Shown piece by piece: positions 17,271-26,256 of a stretch of 41,549 nucleotides of DNA. Position 1 is the first letter of the stretch. The number at the start of each line of letters is the position of its first letter. This DNA comes from a bacterium (lineage in GTDB: Bacteria > Krumholzibacteriota > Krumholzibacteriia > G020349025). The DNA is taken from contig JANLSU010000019.1 of NCBI GenBank assembly GCA_031362565.1, positions 1-41,549 of the forward strand. Reading direction: 5' to 3'. Made by a program: the position numbers and the translations under genes. The notes under the pieces were generated by a model. That model did no database searches and was not told the DNA's origin. It saw nothing but the letters and a program-made list of their open reading frames with translations.

Positions 17271-19193
17271 ATGAAAACCGACGCCATCGACGGTGAGTTC
17301 AGCGGCCAAGAACGCCGGTCGTTCATGCGCTACTTGCTGCGCGATCTGCGGGCCCTCGAGCGCATGCTCGGCAACAACATGCTCGAAGAGGGTGTGCGAC
17401 GCATCGGCGCCGAGCAGGAACTCTTCCTGATCGACCGCGCCTGCCATCCGGCACCGGTGGCCCACGAAATGCTGCAGGCGCTCGGCGATCCGCACTTCAC
17501 CACCGAGCTCGGGCGTTTCAATCTCGAAATGAACCTCGACCCGCTGGCCTACGGCGGCAGTTGCCTGCGCCAGATGGAAACCCAGCTCGACACGCTCGTC
17601 GACAAACTGTGCCGCACCGCGGACAGCATGGGTTATGGCGCCGTTCTGACCGGGATCTTGCCGACCATTCGCAAGTCCGATCTCAAGATCGAGAACATGA
17701 CGCAGAGTCCGCGCTATGCGGCACTGAATGCCGCCATGACCCAGTTGCGCGGCGGCGCCTATGATTTTTACATCAAGGGTATCGACGAGCTGTCGCTGCG
17801 GCATGATTCCGTCATGGCAGAAGCTTGCAATGCGAGCTTCCAAGTCCATTTTCAGGTCGGCGCGGGCGAATTCGCGACGCTCTACAACATGGCGCAGGCG
17901 GTCGCGGGGCCGGTCTTGGCGGCGGCCACCAATTCGCCGCTGCTTTTCGGGCGGCGCTTGTGGGCCGAGACGCGCATCGCGCTCTTCCAGCAGGCCGTCG
18001 ATACACGCAAACCACACGAGTACCAACGCCAGTCCAACCCGCGCGTCTTCTTCGGCAATGGTTGGGTCAAGAACTCGGTCCTCGAACTCTACAAAGAGGA
18101 CGTGACGCGGTTTCGCACGCTGGTCGGCATTCCGGCCGACGAAGACCCGATGGCCAAGCTGGATGCGGGCGAAGTGCCGCAGCTCAAGGCGCTCCGCCTG
18201 CACAACGGCACGGTGTATCGCTGGAATCGCGCCTGCTACGGCATCACCGACGGGAAGCCGCACTTGCGGATCGAATGCCGCGTGCTGCCTTCCGGCCCGA
18301 GCGTGCTCGACGAGGTCGCGAACGCCGCCTTCTGGTTCGGGCTCATGGGGATTTTGGCGCGCAAGTACGACGACATTACCGAGGTCATGGAGTTCAAGGA
18401 CGCGGAGAACAATGTGCTGCAGGCCGCGCGGCTCGGATTGAGCGCCAACATGGTGTGGCTGGAAGGCGAGGAAATGTCGGCGCAAAAGCTCATTTTGGAG
18501 CGCCTGCTGCCGATGGCTGACGAGGGCCTTTCGATCCGGGGCATCGACGATGCGGATCGCAAGCGCTATCTGGGCATCATCGCCGAGCGCGTGAAAACCA
18601 ACAAAACCGGCTCGCGCTGGCTGTTGAATTCGCTGCATGGCATGAAGGACCACGGCACGGCCGGCGAACGCTTCACGGCGCTCACCGCCGCCACCATCCT
18701 GCGGCAGAAGAGCGGCAAGCCGGTGCACGAGTGGGACCTGGCCCAGATCGAGGAATCCGGCGGCTGGCTGCAGAACTACATCAAGGTCGAGCAGTACATG
18801 GATACCGACGTGCACACCGTGTACCCGGATGAATCCGTCGACCTCGTTGCAAACTTGATGGAGTGGGAGCACATCCGTTACGTTCCGGTCGAAGACATGG
18901 ACCGCAAGCTGGTCGGCCTCGTGTCGCAGCGCGGCTTGCTGCGTCTTTTGGCGCAAGGCAAGATCGGCCAGGACACCTCGATCGCGGATGTCATGCGGAA
19001 GATGACGGATTTGATCACGATCAACCCGGAAACGACCACGCTCGCCGCCATCGGCCTCATGCGCCAGCGCAAAATCGGCTGCTTGCCGGTCGTGCACGAG
19101 GGCCGTCTCATCGGCGTCGTGACCGAGCGCGACTTCATGGATATCGCCTACGAACTGCTCGAGCAAAAACTGCAAGGAAAACCCACTACATGA
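17271..19193 (+). CDS. Glutamate-cysteine ligase family 2 (GCS2-like carboxylate-amine ligase) with C-terminal CBS pair
   Basis: IGAEQELFL, TTELGRFNLE, SFQVHFQV, NSPLLFG..ETRI, HNGTVYRWNR, HLRIECRVLP; CBS motifs IRYVPVED..LVGLVS and IGCLPVV..LIGVVTERDF. Confidence 0.85.
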   Translation: MKTDAIDGEFSGQERRSFMRYLLRDLRALERMLGNNMLEEGVRRIGAEQELFLIDRACHPAPVAHEMLQALGDPHFTTELGRFNLEMNLDPLAYGGSCLRQMETQLDTLVDKLCRTADSMGYGAVLTGILPTIRKSDLKIENMTQSPRYAALNAAMTQLRGGAYDFYIKGIDELSLRHDSVMAEACNASFQVHFQVGAGEFATLYNMAQAVAGPVLAAATNSPLLFGRRLWAETRIALFQQAVDTRKPHEYQRQSNPRVFFGNGWVKNSVLELYKEDVTRFRTLVGIPADEDPMAKLDAGEVPQLKALRLHNGTVYRWNRACYGITDGKPHLRIECRVLPSGPSVLDEVANAAFWFGLMGILARKYDDITEVMEFKDAENNVLQAARLGLSANMVWLEGEEMSAQKLILERLLPMADEGLSIRGIDDADRKRYLGIIAERVKTNKTGSRWLLNSLHGMKDHGTAGERFTALTAATILRQKSGKPVHEWDLAQIEESGGWLQNYIKVEQYMDTDVHTVYPDESVDLVANLMEWEHIRYVPVEDMDRKLVGLVSQRGLLRLLAQGKIGQDTSIADVMRKMTDLITINPETTTLAAIGLMRQRKIGCLPVVHEGRLIGVVTERDFMDIAYELLEQKLQGKPTT

Positions 19194-20164
19194 GCCGGCT
19201 GCGGGAACGCATGCTGGCCGAGGGGCCGCTGGAGCGCGTCATCGGGGCGTTCCGCGGCGCCGAGCCTGGCCCGTCGCTGCTCGTCGTCGCCGGCATTCAC
19301 GGCAACGAACCGGCAGGCGTGATCGCCGCGCGGCGCGTCGTTGCGACTCTCGAACGCGAACGGCTACCGCTGCGCGGTGACTTCGCCATTTTCACCGGCA
19401 ACATCGGCGCCCTGCGCGACGGCGTACGTGGCCTGCGGCGCGATCTGAATCGCGGCTGGACGCGCCAGAATCTGCTGGCGCTTTCCCCCAACGGTTCGGC
19501 GGCGCCCGAGGATCACGAGCAGCGCGAACTCTTCGACGCCATCGAAGCGGCGCGCCACCGGGCCCGCGGTCCGGTTACATTCCTCGATCTGCACTCGACA
19601 TCGGCGCCCGGCACACCGTTCGTCATGGTGCGCGATATCCCCGAGCTACGGGCCTTCGCGCTACTCTTCCACATTCCGGTCATCATGGGACTCCTGGAGC
19701 TCATCGATCACACCTTGCTCGAGTTCCTGCAGAGCGAGGGCTGCACGACACTCGGCATCGAGGGAGGGCATAACGACGCCGATTCGACCATCGACCACCA
19801 TGAGGAGGCCTTGTGGATCGCGCTCGTCGGTGCGGGCCTGCTCGATGCCACGAACTTGCCAGGGTTGGAGCGCTCGAAGCAGCTCCTGGCCGCCGCGCGC
19901 GGCAGCCGCCCGCACATGACGCGCATCGAACGCCGGCACTCGATCAAGCCCGAAGATCGTTTCCGGATGATCGACGGCTTCGACAACATTCAACGCGTCG
20001 ACTCCGGCCAATTGCTTGCCCACGATCGCAACGGCGAGATTCGCGCCCCGCATCCATGCATCCTGCTGATGCCGCTTTACCAAGAGCAAGGCGACGACGG
20101 GTTTTTCCTCGGGCATGAAGTGGTTGCGCCGCACCCACCCACGGCCCACAGGCGCGCCGGCTGA
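19190..20164 (+). CDS. Succinylglutamate desuccinylase/aspartoacylase (AstE/AspA, M14-like) family protein
   Basis: GIHGNE, DLNRGW, LDLHS, GIEGG; ATGA overlap with the GCS2 gene. Confidence 0.87.
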   Translation: MSRLRERMLAEGPLERVIGAFRGAEPGPSLLVVAGIHGNEPAGVIAARRVVATLERERLPLRGDFAIFTGNIGALRDGVRGLRRDLNRGWTRQNLLALSPNGSAAPEDHEQRELFDAIEAARHRARGPVTFLDLHSTSAPGTPFVMVRDIPELRAFALLFHIPVIMGLLELIDHTLLEFLQSEGCTTLGIEGGHNDADSTIDHHEEALWIALVGAGLLDATNLPGLERSKQLLAAARGSRPHMTRIERRHSIKPEDRFRMIDGFDNIQRVDSGQLLAHDRNGEIRAPHPCILLMPLYQEQGDDGFFLGHEVVAPHPPTAHRRAG

Positions 20165-20287
20165 CCGCCCGCATCGAGCCTCCGCCCGCCGTTCGTGGCG
20201 TGCAATCTCTGTAGTCGACACTCGCGTTGGACGGGCGTACCTTCCGGCCGGATGCCCTGTCATGGATTCGAGGGCTGAGGGAACACC

Positions 20288-23143
20288 GTGCATCGACTCT
20301 TGGGCGCGATTGGCGTTGGCGCCGTGATTTCTGCTCTAATCGTCGGCTCGTTTGTGCAAGCCGTGCCCCTCGATCTTTCTTTGCCGCGCCATGTCGACTG
20401 CCTACCGAATGCCGACATCGATGGCGACGGACACCTTGATTGCGTTCAGGTCACTCATCCGTCGTTTGGTGGCGCTTTTCAGCTCGAGATGCGGCGGGGT
20501 CTCGGCGGCGGACAATTCGCCGCCGCAGAGATTTTCAACGTGGCAACGGTGGTGGGCGACGAGCAGCCCACGCTCGACCTGCAGGACTTCGACGGGGATG
20601 GATTGCCGGATCCCTGTATTTCCTTTCACTGTCCAGGATGCGTTTGTGCGCAGGGCTCGCAGGTGCTCTTTCATCTGCGTCATACCATCTTTTCGCAATT
20701 GTTCGACACGGCGCCCGCTGTCGTGCGCATCCCCTTCGACCTGGACGGCGATGGCGATCTGGACCTGGTGAGTTCGGGCGCCGTGCCAGCCAGCGGCACG
20801 TGCACCGGTGCGATCAAAGTCTTCGTGAATGACGGCTCCGGGCACTACGCGCCGGGCGTCGAGTACCCCGGAGGTACCGTGCCGGGCGCGATCGCCGTCG
20901 CCGATTTCACCGGTGAACATCGTCCCGACATCGCGATCTCTTCGTTGCAGGTGTACCTGCCGGGTGCCGGCGGTGGGATCTTCGGCCTCCCCGTGCCTTT
21001 CCTGCAGGGCACCGTCGATCCGGCATTTCATCTGGCGCGCGCCCGGGATCTGGATGGCAACGGAACCATCGACTTGATCTTCGCCAATCAGACGCAGTTC
21101 CACGTTCTTCTCGGCGACACCCAAGGCGCCTTCGACGACAGCGTGTATGCCACCAGCAGCACTGGGTCAGCGGCCCTGGATCTCGATGCCAATGGCGACG
21201 AGGACTACGTGCTCGACACCCCCAACGCCTGGACGCTGATGCGGCATACGGCCGGGAACCGCTTCAGTGCGATGTCGCTTGGGCCGCGCCTTCCCGGGTC
21301 ATCGGGCATCGTGAGCGCGGACTTCAACGGCGATGGCCGGCCCGACTTCGTCGACGCCGGCGCTTCGGACTTCCGGCTGTTTCTGAGTGGCGCGCCTTTC
21401 GCGTGGGCGCCCGGGCGATCGTACGCCGCGCGCCTCGCGAACCCGACCGCGGTCGACTACGACGAAGACGGATCGCCGGATTTATTGGTGCCGGTTGCCG
21501 CAGGCGGCTACGACCTCTTTGCGGGCCAGCCGGGTGGCGAGTTCTTTGCCCCGTTGCGTTTCGGCCCGACGGGTGATGGACGCTCGCTCGCATTGGGTGA
21601 CATCGACGGCGATGGCAAAGCCGATGCGATCGTGTCACGTTCCGATGGATTCGCTTGGAGCGCCGGCCTCGGCACCGGCGACTTCGGTCCGCCGCATCTT
21701 TACACCTGGGCCGATGCGTTGCTTCAGACACGCGCTCTCGTCCTTGCCGACTTGGATGCGGATGGACACTTGGACATCGTCGTGGCGCGACAGGGTCTGG
21801 GCGCCGGCGGCGACGTTGCAATCGTCATGAATGCCGGCGGTGGTAGTCTCGCGACAGAAGTCCCGTTCGCAGCAGGAATCCGTCCGACCTCCGTCGTCGT
21901 ACGGGACTTCGACCGCGACGGGCATCTGGATGTCTTGGTGAACGACACGGCGACCTCCGTGGATCTCCTGTTCGGTTTGGGAGGCGGCGCGCTGGCCTTG
22001 CCCGTTGCGGTTGACGCCGGCGGCGCAGGGACACTCGCAGCGGGCGACTTCGACGGTAACGGGCGGCTCGACTTCGCAGCCCACGTCTTCGAAGGCACCA
22101 ACATCGTGCTTAATCTCGGCAGCCGCACATTCGCGGCGCCGAGTCTCATTGCGACTGGCGCGGGGGCGCGATTCGCCCCGGTTCTTGTTGCCGATATCGA
22201 TCGCAATGGCCGGTCGGATCTGGCCGTGGTGGGTCCTTCGAATATGCAGCTCGCACGGAGTCTGCCCGATGGACATTTCACTCCCCCACAGCCGTTGCCG
22301 GGAATCTCAACGGCGCCGGTCGGCGCCACGTTCACGGATTTCGATCTGGACGGGAATCCCGATCTTGCGATCGTGTTTCCGGATGGCGCGTCACCTGCAA
22401 CAGTCTTTCGCGCCTATCGCGGCACGGGCGGCGGCACGTTCGAGGTGCAGGCCGAGCTGCACGGCACAGGATCCCTTTGCGCCGCCGGCCAGGTCACCGG
22501 AGATGCAAAACCCGAGGTTGTTCTTGCGTCCGCTCTGCTGGTGAACCGCACCGGGGGCACGACGCCGGTCACGATCCAACACTTGACGGCGACGATCGTC
22601 GGCGACCATGTCGTCCTCGGCTGGTCGATCGCCGCGCCATCGTGGCGCGAACTCGCAAGTGTGAGCGTCGAACGCGCCGGCGACGCCGCCGGTCCTTTTG
22701 TGACGCTGACCCCGCGAGGCCTCGCGGTGACGGCGTCCATGACCTTCGAGGACCCGGTGCCGCCCAGCGGCACCACCTGGTATCGCCTCGGACTCGTGCA
22801 CCTGGATGGCAGCCGCGAGACGAGTACCGGGGTCGACGTGTGGCCACGGGCGCTGCCGGCGCGGACCGTGCTCCAGTCCGTCCGGCCCGGCAAGGCACCG
22901 GGTAGCGCCGAGATTCGGTATTTCGTCGGGCCGCGCGGTTCGAACATCGAACTGGCGGTCTATGACGTACGCGGACGGATCGTAACGACGCTGGCGTCGG
23001 GCCGGGTCGCGGCCGGGGCGCACGTCCAGACCTGGGATGGCTCGACCGCGACTGGCGCGCACGCCGCCCGCGGCGTGTATCTCATTTCGCTCGCCGCCGA
23101 TGGCCGGCGGGATGTTCGGAAGTTCCTGACTCGAACGCGGTAG
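20288..23143 (+). CDS. Secreted FG-GAP/VCBS repeat protein with C-terminal FlgD-Ig/T9SS-like sorting domain
   Basis: Signal peptide; many DxDGDGxxD repeats; C-terminus LAVYDVRGRIVTTL..TWDG..ARGVYLISL. Confidence 0.85.
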   Translation: MHRLLGAIGVGAVISALIVGSFVQAVPLDLSLPRHVDCLPNADIDGDGHLDCVQVTHPSFGGAFQLEMRRGLGGGQFAAAEIFNVATVVGDEQPTLDLQDFDGDGLPDPCISFHCPGCVCAQGSQVLFHLRHTIFSQLFDTAPAVVRIPFDLDGDGDLDLVSSGAVPASGTCTGAIKVFVNDGSGHYAPGVEYPGGTVPGAIAVADFTGEHRPDIAISSLQVYLPGAGGGIFGLPVPFLQGTVDPAFHLARARDLDGNGTIDLIFANQTQFHVLLGDTQGAFDDSVYATSSTGSAALDLDANGDEDYVLDTPNAWTLMRHTAGNRFSAMSLGPRLPGSSGIVSADFNGDGRPDFVDAGASDFRLFLSGAPFAWAPGRSYAARLANPTAVDYDEDGSPDLLVPVAAGGYDLFAGQPGGEFFAPLRFGPTGDGRSLALGDIDGDGKADAIVSRSDGFAWSAGLGTGDFGPPHLYTWADALLQTRALVLADLDADGHLDIVVARQGLGAGGDVAIVMNAGGGSLATEVPFAAGIRPTSVVVRDFDRDGHLDVLVNDTATSVDLLFGLGGGALALPVAVDAGGAGTLAAGDFDGNGRLDFAAHVFEGTNIVLNLGSRTFAAPSLIATGAGARFAPVLVADIDRNGRSDLAVVGPSNMQLARSLPDGHFTPPQPLPGISTAPVGATFTDFDLDGNPDLAIVFPDGASPATVFRAYRGTGGGTFEVQAELHGTGSLCAAGQVTGDAKPEVVLASALLVNRTGGTTPVTIQHLTATIVGDHVVLGWSIAAPSWRELASVSVERAGDAAGPFVTLTPRGLAVTASMTFEDPVPPSGTTWYRLGLVHLDGSRETSTGVDVWPRALPARTVLQSVRPGKAPGSAEIRYFVGPRGSNIELAVYDVRGRIVTTLASGRVAAGAHVQTWDGSTATGAHAARGVYLISLAADGRRDVRKFLTRTR

Positions 23144-23148
23144 GGACG

Positions 23149-26040
23149 ATGCGAATCACTCGCGCAGATTACGGTCCGCGGCTCGCGGCCGGCTGGGTCG
23201 CGTCTCTGCTCCTGGTATTGGCGCCCGTGCAGCTTGCATCGGCGCCAATCGACTTGTCATTTCCAACTCCGGGGGCCGCGAGTGGAGATGTCGATCTCGA
23301 TGCCGATGGCGTCGGTGACTTGCTGAATCTGACGTACGAGTATGGGGCTTCGTCGTTCACACTTTCCTGGCGGCGCGGTATCGTTGGTGGCGGGTTCGAG
23401 GCTCCACAGGAGATGATTCTTCCGGTTGCCCAGTACTCATACGAGAACCTGACGGTCAAGAGCGTCGTTGATCTGAATGGTGACCATCTCCCTGAAGTTC
23501 TGATCGCTTATTCGTGCACCTCCTGTAACTGCGCGCACGGCGCGTTGCTGATTTTCGTGAATCACGGTCCGCCGCATCTCTCCCGCATTACTACTTTGAA
23601 CGTAGGTGAGAACTTGCGCATCCGCAGCGCGGATGTCGATGGCGACGGAGACGTGGACTTGCTGCTCGACGAAACCGACGGCGACTGCGATTCGCGGTAT
23701 CCAGGGTTCCGGTTGCTCGTGAACAACGGCTTGGGCACGGCCTTCCGGAACCTCGTTGTCATCGAGCCGCCACCGATCGCGGCCGGCGATTTCAACAACG
23801 ACGGCCACCCGGACATCCTCGCGGCACGCAGTGGACTCTTCTATCCGAGCCTGGGGGATGGTTCGCTTGGAACCGCCGTGCCGATCTCGGCCTCACTGCC
23901 GGCGGGCCCGGCGCAATTCGCGTTGAGTCGCGACCTCGACCACAACGCCACACTGGACGCCATCGTGGGGACGCCGACTCGGGTGCACGTGCTGCTCGGC
24001 GACGGCCACGGAGTTTTCAGTGATGATTCGTACGCGGTCGGCACTTTGACGCCGGCGGCGGCTGTCGACCTCGACGGCGACAACGACTCTGACTATGCGT
24101 TCGGTTCGGGCTCCGATCTGGTTCTGTTTCACCATCGGACTGGCAGCCGGTTCGACTGGGCGGCCGTGCCGTTCAACAATCCCGTGATCGACGTTGTGGC
24201 CGGCGACTTCAACTTGGACGGTTTGCCGGATTTTCTGGACGGCGACGGCAATTCGTTCCAGCCGGTTCTGAGCGCCGGGATTGGCGCGTACAATCATGGC
24301 CGGCGCTACGAGGGAAGCATCGCGGGGCCGCATCTGCTCGACGCCGATCGCGATGGGAGGCTCGATCTTCACACGACCGGACTCTGTGGGGAACTGTTCT
24401 ACGCGGGGCTCGACCACGGCGAGTTCAAGGCGCCGTTGCAACATCAGGACCTTGGTGACGGCTTCCATGCGTTCCTCTTGGCGGATGTGGACGGCGACAC
24501 GATTCCGGACGCGATCGTGTCGCAGGGCTATGGCTACAACGGGTTCCGATGGTTTCACGGCTTGGGCAACGGCGACTTTGTGCAATCCGGCGCGTATGAG
24601 TGGCCGGGCAGTAGCCTAGGGTTGAAGGCCGCTGCCGTGGCCGATCTCGATGGCGACGGCGATCAGGACATCGTGGCAGCGCGCGACGATAACGCAGGCC
24701 ATGGGGACATCGCCGTCATCCTGAATCGCGGCGGTGGGGTTTTCGATCCCGCGATCGGTTATGCGCTGGGAATTCGGCCGACCACATTGGTCGTCGGCGA
24801 CTTCGACCAAGATCGAGTCGCGGACATCGTCACGAATGGTTGGGTGAGCTTCGCCGTCGTCTTGCACGGTCGCGGCGACGGGGCGTTCGATTCACCCAGG
24901 TATGTCGAAGCGGGTACTCCGGGCGCACTCGCCGCCGCCGATTTCGACAACGACGGCAAGCTCGACCTCGCGGCGCATGTCGCCACCGGGGTCCAGATTC
25001 GGCGGAACGTGGGCGGTGGAACCTTCACGCCGACGACATTCTTGCCGACGCTCACAAACACCGCTCTGACACCGATTCTCGTCACGGATTCCAACCACGA
25101 TGGGCGGTCTGACTTGCTCGTCGTGGGTCCTCAGGTGCAGCTCGTTCGCGCTCACGCCGGCGGTGGATTTGATCCACCGGTCACACTGCCTGATCAAGGC
25201 ACGCCCACTACTGCCGGCGCCGCGGATTTTGATGGCGACGGCAATGACGAGGTTGTCGTCTCCTTCGCGGGCGGGACCCCCCCGTTCAACACCCAGGTGC
25301 AGGTCTATCGCGAAGAGGCGCCCGGCACTTTCGTAAACGCGGGGGGCGGTTGCTCTCACGGGAGGAATTTTGTCACCGGCGATTTCTCGGGCGATGGGCG
25401 ACCCGACGTCCTGACCACAACCGCACTCTTCGTCAACCGCACCGCGACGGTCACGCCGGTCGCCCTCTCGGATTTCGTCGTCGACGCGAACGGACGGCAA
25501 ACAACGCTCCGCTGGACGCTCTCGGAGCCGGATCGTCTTGCGGCCGTCGACGTCGAACGTGGCCAAACCGCCACGGGGCCCTTCGTCATCGTGACGTCAA
25601 AGCCGCTCGCGCCGCGCTCTTCGATGACTTTCGACGACGTCGTGGATGGCGAGACTTCGACCGCGTGGTACCGCATCGTCCTCATTCAGAGCGATGGCGT
25701 CCGGGTGGCGAGTACCGCGGTCGGTGTGCAATTGGGCACCAACCGAATGCGGACGGAGTTGAGTTCGGTCGTCCCAAACGCCGCCGGTGATGTCGCCATC
25801 TGCTACCAGGTCGGTGCCTCCGAAACCCGGCTCGACCTCGGGGTTTATGACATCCGCGGCCGGCGCGTCGCGACCGTGGTTTCAGGCGTCGAGCCGGCCG
25901 GCACACATGTGCGCACGTGGTCGGTACGCGGGCCAGGCGGCGGCCCGCTCGCGCGCGGCGTCTACTGGCTGCGCCTCAAAGCCGGCAGCCACGAGTCTAC
26001 CCGTTCGTTCGTGCACCTGCACGCGGCGCCTGCCAGATAG
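23149..26040 (+). CDS. Secreted FG-GAP/VCBS repeat protein with C-terminal FlgD-Ig/T9SS-like domain (paralog of the preceding gene)
   Basis: Signal peptide; DxDGDG repeats; LGVYDIRGRRVATV..ARGVYWLRL; collinear similarity to 20288..23143. Confidence 0.85.
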   Translation: MRITRADYGPRLAAGWVASLLLVLAPVQLASAPIDLSFPTPGAASGDVDLDADGVGDLLNLTYEYGASSFTLSWRRGIVGGGFEAPQEMILPVAQYSYENLTVKSVVDLNGDHLPEVLIAYSCTSCNCAHGALLIFVNHGPPHLSRITTLNVGENLRIRSADVDGDGDVDLLLDETDGDCDSRYPGFRLLVNNGLGTAFRNLVVIEPPPIAAGDFNNDGHPDILAARSGLFYPSLGDGSLGTAVPISASLPAGPAQFALSRDLDHNATLDAIVGTPTRVHVLLGDGHGVFSDDSYAVGTLTPAAAVDLDGDNDSDYAFGSGSDLVLFHHRTGSRFDWAAVPFNNPVIDVVAGDFNLDGLPDFLDGDGNSFQPVLSAGIGAYNHGRRYEGSIAGPHLLDADRDGRLDLHTTGLCGELFYAGLDHGEFKAPLQHQDLGDGFHAFLLADVDGDTIPDAIVSQGYGYNGFRWFHGLGNGDFVQSGAYEWPGSSLGLKAAAVADLDGDGDQDIVAARDDNAGHGDIAVILNRGGGVFDPAIGYALGIRPTTLVVGDFDQDRVADIVTNGWVSFAVVLHGRGDGAFDSPRYVEAGTPGALAAADFDNDGKLDLAAHVATGVQIRRNVGGGTFTPTTFLPTLTNTALTPILVTDSNHDGRSDLLVVGPQVQLVRAHAGGGFDPPVTLPDQGTPTTAGAADFDGDGNDEVVVSFAGGTPPFNTQVQVYREEAPGTFVNAGGGCSHGRNFVTGDFSGDGRPDVLTTTALFVNRTATVTPVALSDFVVDANGRQTTLRWTLSEPDRLAAVDVERGQTATGPFVIVTSKPLAPRSSMTFDDVVDGETSTAWYRIVLIQSDGVRVASTAVGVQLGTNRMRTELSSVVPNAAGDVAICYQVGASETRLDLGVYDIRGRRVATVVSGVEPAGTHVRTWSVRGPGGGPLARGVYWLRLKAGSHESTRSFVHLHAAPAR

Positions 26041-26256
26041 CACGGCAACAGGACCAACACTTCACGCCGCCCCTACGCCGTCGCGGTTCAGCGCCCAGCG
26101 TCGCGATAGTAAGTCTTCACCGCGCCCCAGGTCGCACCCTGAACGCCGACCGGCGGCAACGGACACTTGCCGGCTGATCCCGCCTGGTAGATCGCAAAAA
26201 TCTCGTTGTCAGAAAACGTCGGCGGCGTTCAGCACCCGCGCGTGAACACCAAGTCG

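Noticed and set aside
8962..19193. Reading the cluster as carbamoyl-phosphate synthase, cyanophycin synthetase, glutathione synthesis or a RiPP (graspetide) locus
   Set aside because: No CarA/CarB architecture, no Mur-ligase domain of CphA, no clear GshB, and no short precursor peptide or exporter.
20400..25420. Recurrent GACxTCGACGGCGACGG-like DNA repeats as a CRISPR or tandem array
   Set aside because: Degenerate, irregularly spaced and in frame; they encode DxDGDG protein repeats.
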